Origin: Octopus vulgaris
Lineage: Eukaryota
DNA: 64,000 bases
Assembly: GCA_951406725.2 (NCBI GenBank)
Contig: OX597839.1
Location: 9,486,001-9,550,000, forward strand
Direction: 5' to 3'
Every line of letters begins with the position of its first letter. The first letter of the stretch is position 1. The notes below the pieces were generated by a model. The model saw only the letters and a list, made by a program, of their open reading frames with translations. It was not told the origin of the DNA and did not search any database. Below, piece after piece: positions 27,201-39,500 of this stretch. Made by a program: the position numbers and the translations under genes.

Positions 27201-27701
27201 TGTAGTTTGAGATGTATCTGGTTCCACTACAGTTTCCAGCTTGTCGTTTATCCACCTTGGTCTTGGGTCTACTATGGGGTTGATTTTCAAGAGTAAAGTC
27301 ACTTTCCATGCTGGCATGGGTTGGACGGTTTGAGGACTGGTGAACCAGATGGCTGCACCAGGCTTCAATCTGATCTGGCAAAGTTTCTACAGTTGGATGC
27401 CCTTCCTAACGCCAACCACTCTGAGAGTGTAGTGGGTGCTTTTACATGTCACCAGCACGAGGGCCAGTCAGGTGGTACTGGCGACGGCCATGCTCAAATG
27501 GTGTTTTTTACGTGCCACCTGCACAGGAGCCAGTCCAGCGGCACTGGCAACGACCTCGAGGACGACAAATTTCTAGCAAATTTTAATAATTAAAAGTAAT
27601 CAGAAGCACTGTTCTAAGCAAAAAAAGTACAAAGCACATCTGAGAAGCAATTATATTGTGTACTCAAGTCTTGAAGAACTAACAAATATAAAATAATTAT
27701 A

Positions 27702-28078
27702 AGGCATGGCTGTGTGATAAGAAGCTTGCTCCCAAACCACATGGTTCTGGGTTCAGTCCTGTTGTGTGGCACTTTGGGCAAGTATCTTCTACAATAGCTT
27801 CAAGCCAATCAAAACCTGGTGAGTGAACTTGGGAGACGAAAACTGAAAGAAACTCGTGTGTGTGTTTGTGTTTGTCCTCCCTTCCCCCACCATTATCTTA
27901 CAACTGGTGTTGGTATTTGTACATCCCCTTAGTGGTTCGGCAAAAGAGACTGATAGAATAAATACTAGGTTTAAAAGAAGCAAAGTCCTGGGTTCGATTT
28001 GTTTGACTTAAACCCCCTCAAGGCGGTGCTCCAGCATGGTCGCAGTTAGAAGACTGTAACAAGTAAAAGATAAAAGAA
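27702..28078 (+). mobile_element. SINE family A, diverged
   Basis: Same head, body and tail with more substitutions. Confidence 0.75.
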
Positions 28079-28417
28079 ATAGAATAACATAAGCAACAGC
28101 ACACAAGTTGAGATCTAATAATGAATAAAATAATAACCAGGTCAATTAACGAGACATGATACATGCCGTACAGGGTATCAAATTATAAATGCATTAAAAA
28201 AACTAATTAGCAGTTGAAAATTATTTGGGTTACAACCTAATTGAGGTAGTTAAGTAGATTATATGACTGGATTGTCAAGGCCTCATAGATAGTGACCTCC
28301 AGATTTACAAGTGTGAAACACATCTGAAAAATGCATACCAACTGCAATATGCATACATAGACACAAGTATACGTACACATGCACTGTAATCTTAACAACA
28401 TGGATATATATGCCCAT

Positions 28418-28885
28418 GGGCATATGGAGTAGTGGTTAAGAGCGCGGGCTACTAACACCAAGTATCCGAGTTCGATTCTAAGCTGTGACCTGCTCAATAA
28501 TAATAATAATAACATCAAAAAATACCTTAGGAATGAGAACCCAGGTTCGAAATTTCCCCAAGACACCTGATGAAGGCTGGAGGATATATCAGCCGAAATG
28601 TCATCATCATCATCATCATTTAACGTCCGCTTTCCATGTTAGCATGGGTTGGACGATTTGACTGAGGTCTGGCAAACCAGACTCCAATCTGATCTGGCAG
28701 AGTTTCTACAGCTGGATGCCCTTCCTAACGCCAACCACTCTGAGAGTGTAGTGGGTGCTTTTACGTGCCACCGGCACGAGGGCCAGTTTGGTGGTACTGG
28801 CAACGAACAACAAACAAGATGAAGACAAATATCTGTCGAATGTAAATAATTTATATAATTCCTCATCTCTTAAATATAGAACTAG
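28418..28885 (+). mobile_element. tRNA-headed SINE with a hammerhead-like motif in its tail, interrupted by a family E copy
   Basis: A-box TGGAGTAGTGG, B-box GAGTTCGATTC, (AAT)n linker, and CTGATGA-A-GGCTG..CAGCC-GAAA at 28567-28598. Confidence 0.65.
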
Positions 28886-29032
28886 ACATATACAGGTATA
28901 TTAATGATTTTTTAAAAATTATGCCCATGTTTAGAGAATGTTTCATAATTAGCAAACGGCAGTTAAGACCAGCTTCACTTGAACTGGGGAGATAACCTCA
29001 AGATTCAGGAATTCTCCAAAGTTGATTGTACC

Positions 29033-29418
29033 TACTCTTTACTCTCTTTTACTCTTTTACTTGTTTCAGTCAATTGACTGCGGCCATGTTGGAGCACCGC
29101 CTTTAGTCGAGCAAATCGACCTGGGACTTATTCTTTGTAAGCCCAGTCTATCGGTCTTTTTTGCCGAACCGCTAAGTGACGGGGATGTAAACACACCAGC
29201 ATCGGTTGTCAAGCAATGCTAGGGAGACAAACACAGACACACAAGCACACATATATACGACAGGCTTCTTTCAGTTTCTGACTAGTAAATCCACTCACAA
29301 GGCTTTGATCAGCCCGAGGCTATAGTAGAAGACACTTGCCCACGATTCCACGCAGTGAGACGGAACCCGGAACCATGTGGTTGGTAAGCAAGCTACTTAC
29401 CACACAGCCACTCCTGCG
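29033..29418 (-). mobile_element. SINE family A
   Basis: Reverse copy. Confidence 0.85.
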
Positions 29419-29877
29419 GAAAAGGACAGACTTCACGACTGAGTTGTGTTTTCTGTTGCTCGTTGCCCTTTTTAACACCAAGCGCCTTACAGAGTATGAC
29501 TGGATGTTAATGTGGAGGTTGGTTGTATCCTCCAGTTTCTCATTTTATCTTTTCACAGTCAATCTCACTTGTGCCAGCTTAAGACCGGATCTTTCTGGTG
29601 CCGTTTTCATGAAATTAGTTCTTCCCAAGCCTCTTTTATTGACAGCAAGGAACTCCTTGTTTCTCCACCACCTCCCAAGCCTTCTTTTTTCATACCAGAT
29701 TATGAAAATGATCTAGTATAGGATTTCAGTCATTTAACTCAAATGTCATGCTGAGAGTACAAGACCTATCCTTCTCATCATCATCATCCCAGATAGTATA
29801 TTCTTTTAACTTCATTTTACTTGTTTACTTCTTTAAAGAAAAGGTTCAAGTCCTTTTTTTGTAAAGAGTTTTAAGTT

Positions 29878-30213
29878 AACAATTGCAGCGTGGAAGGTGT
29901 TTGTAAGCCATTTAAGAAACACACAAAAGCCGTTCGATCCACTTCAACATTTCAGTTTAATTTGTCAAAATATTTTCGTCGCTTTGAGACCGCGACCTGT
30001 TCACTGACAAAAATCCATGCTTCATCAGTGAACAGGTCGCGGTCTTAAAGCGACGAAAATATTTTGACAAATTAAACTTAAATGCTGAAGTGGATCGAAC
30101 AACTTTTGTGTGTTTCTTAAATGGCTTACAAACACCTTCCACGCTGCAATTGTTTTCGTTTCAGCACACGATCTCAGATCAAATCACTTGCTAAGCAAGT
30201 ACATCTCCGTAAA
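29878..30213. mobile_element. Palindromic element (~130-bp arms plus 60-nt tail), probably a Penelope-like inverted pLTR
   Basis: Long hairpin containing a hammerhead motif; second copy at 60012-60338. Confidence 0.75.
29961..30011 (-). ncRNA. Type I minimal hammerhead ribozyme with G3:C8 core variant
   Basis: TTTGTCA-GTGAACA-G-GTCGC(ggtctcaaa)GCGAC-GAAA-ATAT-TT-TGACAAA: 7-bp stem I, 5-bp stem II, palindromic stem III. Confidence 0.65.
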
Positions 30214-32672
30214 GTTTTAAGTTAAGTTAAACTGGAAGTTTTCAAGACTTGAAATAAATAATGAAACTGCAGTCAAGATAGTGCACCGTTTCTGCTCTGA
30301 GTTTCTCATGTTCAGCTTCCAACAGTCATCGTAGAAAATAGAAACTACATCATAACAGTGGCACAAAACTCACAACTTTGAATAAACGGATAAACTTCTA
30401 CATATATTGAGAACCTTTTTCTCCTGATTTGTAAATCCAGACACTCATCTGTCAAAATTTCTTAAGTTTGAAAAAGTTTGCTGCTCAATTACATGGTTCC
30501 AGGTTCAATTTGATGCTGTGCCATGCATTTTGGGCAAGGGTCTTCTCTTTTAGCCTTAAATCAACACAAGATGAAAACTGCAAATGCCTGTAGAAGGATC
30601 AAGTGTCTTTTACCATAACCTTGGCTCCACTCAATTGTGGTGAGTGGAAGTGGATAGAAGGAAGCTGTGTCGAAGACTGTTAGATGAAGTATTCTTGTAA
30701 TTCAAAGGTCCTGTTTTGTCACTCACTGTCCCATGCTGATTCTGTTTGAGAATCATGCAAGTACATGTTTGCGGAATACTCAACCACTTATATGAGTATA
30801 TAGTTCAATCGATCAAGCAACTAGATACTCGTCATCAAAGCTGACAAAAGTTTTGGTTATTTTTTACATTGTTGTCATCATCATCATCAGCAGCAGCAGC
30901 TGGACCATATGTCTGTGTACCATGCTGGTATGGCTTTGGGTGGTTCAACAGGACCTGATGAGTTCAGAGAGCATGTCAAGCTCCAATGTCTGCTTCAGCA
31001 GGGTTTTCTATGACTGAATGTCCTTCCTAACATCAACTAATTTACAGTGTACTAGGTGCTTTTTTTTTTGTGGCACCAGCACTAGTGAGGTCGCCATGTA
31101 ACTTGCAAGACAGAAAAACTTTCTCAACTGAGTGGGGATGTAGTAGAAAGGGAGGTGGTTTTATGTCTGGTGAAACTAAAGTAAGAAGAAACAGCAAGAA
31201 CAAGTGTCTTGCATGGCTTAAATTTGACAATGTTTTTATGTCTCCTTTTTTTCAGGAACAGATTCATATATTAATGGTGTTGAAGAGTATAAAATTTAAA
31301 GTCGTAGTTGAGAAAAGTTAGGTGATATGGAGGACAGAAAGCCATTTGAATATTTGTAAAGTGTTACTGGTATCATGATGATTCCTGTTGGGTATCAAAA
31401 TACTGACATCATGACTGCTGCTCAATGTCCCATGAACATTGTAAAGGTGTAAGATGTGACATAGATAGTTGCAGTCATCATCGTCATTATTGTTTAACGT
31501 CTGCTTTCCATGCTAGCATGGGTTGGATGATTTTGACTGAGGGTTGGCGAACCAGATGGCTGCACAAGGCTCCGATCTTGATTTGGCAGAGTTTCTACTG
31601 CTGGTTGCCTTTCTAATGCCAACCACTCCGAGAGTGTAGTGGGTGCTTTTTACGTGCCACCGGCACGGGGGCCAGTCAGGCGGTACTGGCAACGACTTCG
31701 CTCGAATCCTTTTACACATGCCACCAGCACAGGTGCCAGTAAGGCGACGCTGGTAATGATCACGCTCGAATGGTGCCCTTTAAGTGCCACTGGCACGGAA
31801 GCCTGTTAGCCGCTCTGTCAATGATCACGCTCATATGGTGCTCTTTGCACCCTGCTAGCACGGACACCAGTCATCGAATTTGATTTTGATTTTGCTTTTG
31901 ATTGATTGAAGACACTAAAGATATGGCCAGCAGGAAGGGATACAGTAGGTATTCTGATTGTGTCTGCATGGTGGAATTCATCACCACATCATTGAACAGG
32001 ATCTTGGGTGCAATTCAGGTGGCTGTGTGAAGCTCCTGTAGACAGTGGTCAATCCCTGGCTGGAGAGGATTGCTGCTGGAAGGTCATATCAGTTGAGTAC
32101 GAGTTGGTTCCTTGCCATACCTCTGGAAAGAGTCAGAAGTGGTTGTCAGAGAATTTCTTCAACTTCACCAGCTGCAATTTCTTATTTCTTTATTACCCAC
32201 AAGGGGACAAACAAGGACAGACAAACGGATTAAGTCGATTATATCGACCCCAGTGCATAACTGGTACTTATTTAATCGACCCCGAAAGGATGAAAGGCAA
32301 AGTCGACCTCGGCGGAATTTGAACTTTGAATGTAGCGGTGGACGAAATGCCACAAAGCATTTCGCCCGGCGTGCTAACGGTTCTGCCAGCTCGCCGCCTA
32401 GCTGTAATTTCTGTCCTCCTAATCCCTACCAGTTGTAATATCATGGATTACTTTGTGTTGGGCATGGTTGAGAAATATACCAACCACTCTATCTGTAATA
32501 CTATAAGTCGGCAAATGTGTGACAGAGTTGACAGATGGTTAATGAATAGATATGTTTTGATTGAACAATTAGATCTCTTGTTTGTTGAAATGGACTAGGA
32601 GGTTCATCATGCTTGTATGTACTCAAATTATCTATTAATGTTATTGCTTTAGACATATTTCCCACTCACATA

Positions 32673-33076
32673 TACTCTTTTACTTGTTTCAGTCATTTGA
32701 CTGCGGCCATGCTGGAGCACCGCCTTTAGTCGAGCAAATCGACACCGGGACTTATTCTTTGTAAGCCCAGTACTTATTCTATCGGTCTCTTTTGCCGAAC
32801 CGCTAAGTGACAGGGACGTAAACACACCAGCATCGGTTGTCAAGCAATGCTAAGGGGACAAACACAGACACACAAACAGATATATATACATATATATATA
32901 TATACATATATACGACAGGCTTCTTTCAGTTTCCGTCTACCAAATCCACTCACAAGGCATTGGTCGGCCCGGGGCTATAGCAGAAGACACTTGCCCAAGA
33001 TGCCATGCAGTGGGATTGAACCCGGAACCATGTGGTTGGTTAGCAAGCTACTTACCACACAGCCACTCCTGCGCCT
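32673..33076 (-). mobile_element. SINE family A, about 90 nt upstream of the ATG exon
   Basis: Full-length reverse copy. Confidence 0.85.
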
Positions 33077-33187
33077 ATTTATGTTATGTTATTTATGTTA
33101 AATATATATATATTAAATATATTTATGTTAAATGTTATTCTACATCTTTTTATCATTTATTTCAGCTAAAGCTTATGTTGGACCAAG

Positions 33188-33533
33188 ATGCCACCAAGCT
33201 CAGGAGAACTATGGGGCCTACATTTGATGCCTTCACAGATCGATGTCGATTGTCTGTTGCCAACAGGAATTTTAGTACCTCTTCGTTGTAATCGCAATGC
33301 CACGCTAGAGAGTATCAAGACAGACCTCTGGGTAGAGGCAAAGAAATACCCATTCCATACAAAACTCCTAAACCCAACCTCATATGTATTTGTCAGCATC
33401 ACACAAGATGCTGAACATGAGGAATTCTTTGATGAAACTAAAAGACTTTGTGATTTGAGACTTTTCTTGCCTTGGCTGAAGGTTGTTGAACCCGAGGGTA
33501 ACAGAGAAGAGAAAAAATTGAATTATGAAATTG
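33188..33533 (+). CDS. PIK3CA: PIK3CA coding exon 1 (adaptor/p85-binding domain); exon begins at 33166
   Basis: [15 protein letters not shown]...[16 protein letters not shown]...[13 protein letters not shown]. Acceptor ttcag ends at 33165; donor G|gtgagt, phase 1. Confidence 0.96.
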
Positions 33534-36500
33534 GTGAGTTTTTTTAAGTATTTCTTTTTCCATTTTTTTCTTTTAAGTGTTAAATATTTGGATCACCTCA
33601 AGAACTATCACTTTAGCCTACTGAGTGCTGATTCTGCCAGTTTTTTTTTTGCCAGCTGAAGATTTATCACCCTATCAAAGTCTGAAGTGATGATTAGAAT
33701 ATTTTTTTTGATTTTCTTTTCTATTCGTCAATTAATCTAGTGATTGAGAAGATTAACATAAAATCCAAGACATTTCCACTGTGACTGTCACATTTTTTTC
33801 TTTGCACGGTGTATTTAGACCCATATCCAATTCATCCTCTTTTTGAAGACAATATAGTTTGATATGAGAGTGATTTTGCCACTATCTCTTGTTTTCTAGC
33901 AGTTTGAGTGACCATGTAAAGATTTCCTTTAGTTTTACCTTAGTACTGGAGTGCAGTTAGGGCATTTGCTTAACCCTTTAGCATTTAATCTGGTCATATT
34001 TGGCCAAAATAATCTACCATTTTCTTCCTCCTATCCTACTTATTTAATCTATTCTCCAAATTTCACCACCACCCCCTGCCAGAGCGTTGTGGGGCTTTTA
34101 GGTGTTTTTGCTCAATAAACATGCGCAATGCCTGGTCTGGGGATCGAAACCGTGATCCTCCGACCGTGAGCCCGCTGCCCTAGCCACTGGGCCATTGCGC
34201 CTCCACATGTGGAATTAATACCAGCACACTATCCATACCATGGATAAGAAGCCTTTTTACCCATTCTATACAACACATTCCTTGGATATTGGAACAGCAA
34301 AATTAACATCCAACATATATTTCTATTTTTATTCATTTTATTCTTATATTTCCATTTATACTTCCTATATCTCTCCCTTTCCAAAATAACTTCTTATATT
34401 GAACCCCACTATTTCCTTCTATTCAACTCTCTCGTGTCGTCTCTGATGATGGGATATCTTTTATATCCTTGAAACAGCTGTAAGACTACCCTTCACTTTA
34501 TAAAATGTCCTAGAAATTTCACACTTCCTTGGCTTTGTTGTCTCATTTTATTTAGCCTATACACACTCACACACGATCCATGTTAGACTCCTCACTCATG
34601 CTATTATCAAACCGGGAGTCTAACAGCAGTTTTTCCATAACACTTACATAGCCTTACTTTTCTTTTGGATCTTCTGGATACCAAAACCTCACACACACAC
34701 ACACACATATACATACATATACACACATACATATGTGATGGATTTCTTTCAGTTTCTCTCTACCAAATCCACACTCAAGGCTTTGGTTGTCCCTAGGCTA
34801 TAGAAGACGACACTTGCTCAAGATGCCAAGCAGAAGGACTGAGCCCTTGTTAGAAATTATTAATTGTTATTCCAAAATCTATTTGGTTTTGCTGTCTTTG
34901 AAGTTTGAGATCTATCTTTATTGGTGTATTTTATAATTATTGTTTTCTTCTCAATTGTTAGGTATGGCCGTTGGTATTCCAATAAGTGATTTCAATGAGA
35001 TGAAAGAACTTGAAGTGATGACATTCCGTCGTAACATTCTGGAAGTTTGTAAAGAGGTAGTGGCTTGCCGAGATGATAAAGCTGGCCATAAACGAGCCCT
35101 GTACAGTTATCCCCCTGAAGTGGAATCTTCCAGAACAAATCCCAGTCATGTGCAAAAAAAGTTAAATAGAGGTAGGTAGACTTTGTTGTATTCAATATAT
35201 ACACTACATACATACATACCTACATACATACATACATGTATATGTATGTATATATATATGCATATATATATATATATAAGTATGTAAGGCGCATGGCTCA
35301 GTGGTTAGAGCGTCGAACTTATGATCGTGAGGTTGTGAGTTCGAATCCCGGACTGGGCTGCATGTTGTGTTCTTGAGCAAGACACTTTATTTCACATTGC
35401 TCCAGTTGGCTCAGCTGTAGAAATGAGTTGTTACGTCACAGGTGCCAAGCTGTATCGGCCTTTGCCTTTCCCTTGGATAACACTGGTGGCGTGGAGGGGG
35501 AAGGCCAGTATGCATGGGCGACTGCTGGTCTTCCATAAACAACCTTGCCCGGGCTTGTGCCTGGGAGGGTAACTTCCAGGTGCAATCCCACGGTCGGTCA
35601 TGACCGAAGGGGGTCTCATATACTCGTGTATGTAAACTCTTAGCATCCTGTATGACATGAATCCACCCAACAACTTATCTGTCTGTCAGTCAGTCCTATA
35701 CTGCACAAATCAAACGGTCTTTGTTTACATTCATTTTAAAGGACGTTAGGAACCTCTCTAAACTAAGAGAAAAAACATCAAATCCTTCCTCTATTATTTA
35801 ACATTCTGTAACTTGCAAAAATTAATATCAGCCCATGTTCAATTCAATTTAATTCAATTCAATTCAATTTTTATTGGCTCAAAAAGCAAAAGCAAGGCCA
35901 TGTAGGGGGACAGGGAGTTATGTACAGGGAGGGTGGTCATGCAAAGAGTTCAGGCCATTTCTGGTCAAGAGAGACTTTGAACCGAGCGGTCATCGGCATC
36001 TTCACTATCTCGTCCGGCAGCTTATTCCACGGATCCGCAACCCGGACGGAGAAAGCCCCTCTCCTTCGATTGAGATGAAATCGTCGTAGATAGAGCTTTT
36101 CGGAGTGACCCCGCAGCCCACACTCTGGAGTGTTGCTGAAGTTTTGTGATTTTATTCCTTTAACGAAATTTAAAAAAGAAATTTATTGAAACTTACTTTG
36201 AAAGTGAAACTTACTTTGAAAGTGAAACTTACTTTGAAAGTGAAACTTACTTTGAAAGTGAAACTTACTTTGAAAGTGAAACTTACTTTGAAAGTGAAAC
36301 TTACTTTGAAATTTTATTGAAACTTACTTTGAAAGTGAAACTTACTTTGAAAGTGAAACTTACTTTGAAATTTTATTGAAACTTACTTTGAAAGTGACAA
36401 CTTATTCGATGATTTAATTGATGATTTAATGACAGATAAGGCTGTTGGCTTTGGAGATGATAACCAGAGTAGTAAATCCGTTCCTTCAGTACAAGTGAGA

Positions 36501-39500
36501 AATCTGTCTGACTTCAAGCCATCCAATTTTTCATTTGACTTGGACATTATATTGTCTGCAGAAGGGTTGAACCCTTTTTTTTTTTTAATCACGAAATTGA
36601 ATCTTTTGTAAGTGTTGTTGGTTCACAAATAGCTTTGGGGTTTGTTGTGGAGCATGTTGATTATTTTCCCAACCTTTTATGTTGAATTTGATTGGTTTGT
36701 GATATTTGTATGTCCATGTCTGTTACTATTAACATTTGATTTTTATTACTAACATCTTTTTCATGATCTTTTTTGAGTGTATCTGTTTTATAGTTATGTA
36801 ATTAAGTAACAACATTACTTTAAGCACAAATAGCTACTTTATTATACAATAGGGTGTGCTGAAAAGTTCCTGGTTTTAAAGGTATTGTGAAAGGCCTAGT
36901 TTGAGGCCCAACCTCCTGAATTGCTTTACAGGGCTTTAGAAAAACTGAAGGACTGCTGCAATAAGTGTGTGAATTTGAGAGAGGAATATGATGAATAAAA
37001 TCATAATTAAATGATCCTCCTGTCTTTTCTATTACCCAAAGCCAGGAACTTTCCAGCACCCCCTTGTACACTCATGTAAAAGTTGAAATTTTTGGAACCA
37101 GTTTTTAAGGTTAAAATTTTGAGTACTTCTTTCAAGGGCTTCAAATTCATTCTAAAATCAAAAAATACCAAATGGCCTCTAAACAAATATAAAACGTAGT
37201 GAACTATAGTAATAATACTAATTGTACTTATCCAAGCATACATCCATCTAAATCACCGTGATCACCATGACCGACCAGGCTATCCGATGTTGCTACATAT
37301 CACTGGTCACAATGCACTTCGCATTGTTTTGCCTTCAAATGATGCCACCCTGCTGGCTAAGCGAGCAGGCCAACAGAAGAAAGAGTGAGAGAAAGTTGTA
37401 GTGAAAGAGTACAGCAGGGATTCCACACCCCACCCCCACCCTGCTGGAGCCTCGTGGAGCTTTAGGTGTTTTCACTCAAAAAACACTCACAACACCCGGT
37501 CTGGGAATCAAAACCGCGATCCTACGACCGCAAGTCCGCTGCCCTAACCACTGGGCCATTGTGCCTCCACCCATCTAAATGACAATTACCATAAATAAAG
37601 CTGCATAGTATTTACTTGTGTCTAACATTCAACAGGTTCGTTAAGGGAAATCAATTTACATCTCATTATTGTATGAGAGTTATCCCAAAAGTAATGCAAA
37701 AATGGGCATACCGTTTTTATTAACATAGGCATAGGAGTGGCTGTGTGGTAAGTAGCTTGCTTACGAACCACATGGTTCCGGGTTTAGTCAAACTGCGTGG
37801 CACCTTGGGCAAGTGTCTTCTACTATAGCCTCGGGTCGACCAAAGCCTTGTGAGTGGATTTGGGAGACGGAAACTGAAAGAAGCCCATTGTATATATGTA
37901 TATATATATATATATGTGTGTGTGTGTCTGTGTGTGTATGCTTGTATGTCTGTGTTTGTCCCCCCAACATCGCTTGGCAACCGATGGTGGTGTGTTTACG
38001 TCCCCATAACTTAGCAGTTTGGCAAAAGCAACCGATAGAATAAGTACTAGGCTTACACAGAATAAGTCCTGGGGTTTATTTGCTTGACTAAAGGCGATGC
38101 TCCAGCATGGCCACAGTCAAATGACTGAAACAAGTAAAAGTGTAAAAGAGTAGTTGTACATGTTGGTAGGATGGTTGGATAATCCTCTACTGTTCTTCAT
38201 TTCAGGCAAATAATGAGTTTCAAGCTAAAACAACGTGTTGTCATTGAGTTTTTGATTGAGGAAGGGGTTCAAACTATGAGAGGGTGCTCAGAGTTCCTGG
38301 TTTTAAGGGTATTGCAAAAGGCCTGATTGGTGGCCAGCCTTCCAAGTTCTTTTACAGGACTTAGGAAATCTGAAGGGCTACTGCAATAAGTGTGTGAATT
38401 TGAGAGGGGAATATGCTGAATGAAATTACAATTAACTGATTTAGATCTTTTCGGTTTGAATGGCAGTTTTTAAAATAATTTCCATGTAACTAAACACTTT
38501 TAAACTTTGTATACTAGTAGAATGTGTTTATAAAACATCTTTTTCTCTTGGCTTTATTGAGAAAATTTTATAGTTTGTAAGATATCTGTTGTTTTTTTTT
38601 TTCAATTTCTGCAATTTCAAACAATCACTGATGTCCATTGAGGTGAAAACATTCTGTGCCGTATGAATATGTCCCTCGTTTAAGAAACAGATTGGGTTTA
38701 TTTACATTTGTGAAGAAAAAATATACCCTTCCCCCATCCCTAACCCTAACTAACCCTAAAACAGATTGAAATGCAATAGATCGATACTAGGGTCATAATT
38801 ATGGGTGACAATTTCATATGACACCGCTAGAAAAAACTGCCATTCAAACTGAAAAGATCCCTTGATACTCCTGTATTTTCTTTTACCCAAAGCTAGGAAC
38901 TTTTTAGCACCCCCTTGTGTATCTCACATACACAGAAGGCTACAGGTTATTTACAGAGATAACATTATTGACAAAAGTAATGTGCACAGATGGATGAAGT
39001 AGTTTAAAAAAGGTGAAGCCAGCATTGAAGATAAACTACACAGTGGCAGACCATCAACTACGGCCACCGATACAAATTGCCAGTAACTGTATTAACTGAT
39101 TTGTGCAGACATGAGCCAGAATCCATGAGTTTGCTGCACAACAGAACTGTGGTCACAATGCATTGCAGTAAAAGCTCTCTGAACATTCTGTATCCTATTC
39201 TTATAGTAACTATACTTTCAGAACATCCTCTTCCACTGCAGATTAGATCATCTAGGTAACAGTGGAACCCTTTCCCTAGAACCATTCCTTTTGAGAAAAT
39301 CTATTTCTTGTGTATTCTTAATGTTTATTGCTCCTGTACATAATAAGTCTACTTTTCCTGTGTATCTTTCTGTAATTCCACTGCACCTCTGAAATTTCAC
39401 TATCTGAAATTTCTACCTGCACAAATCATTGTGTATGACCCCTTCTTGGATGACATGATTAACTGTATGGATGACTAGGCCATATCCCACTCATCCAGTT

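Larger units (their letters stand above)
37672..39075 (+). mobile_element. Mariner remnant (HTH region) with a nested SINE and MITEs
   Basis: [18 protein letters not shown]...IHRRLQVIY...NVHRWMK*FKKG..SIED..HSGRPST, split by a MITE inserted at TA. Confidence 0.75.

Noticed and set aside
35172-35180. Tandem donor GTAGGTAG allowing a +4 shift
   Set aside because: Such motifs are common by chance; the proximal donor gives the conserved 210-nt exon and keeps frame.
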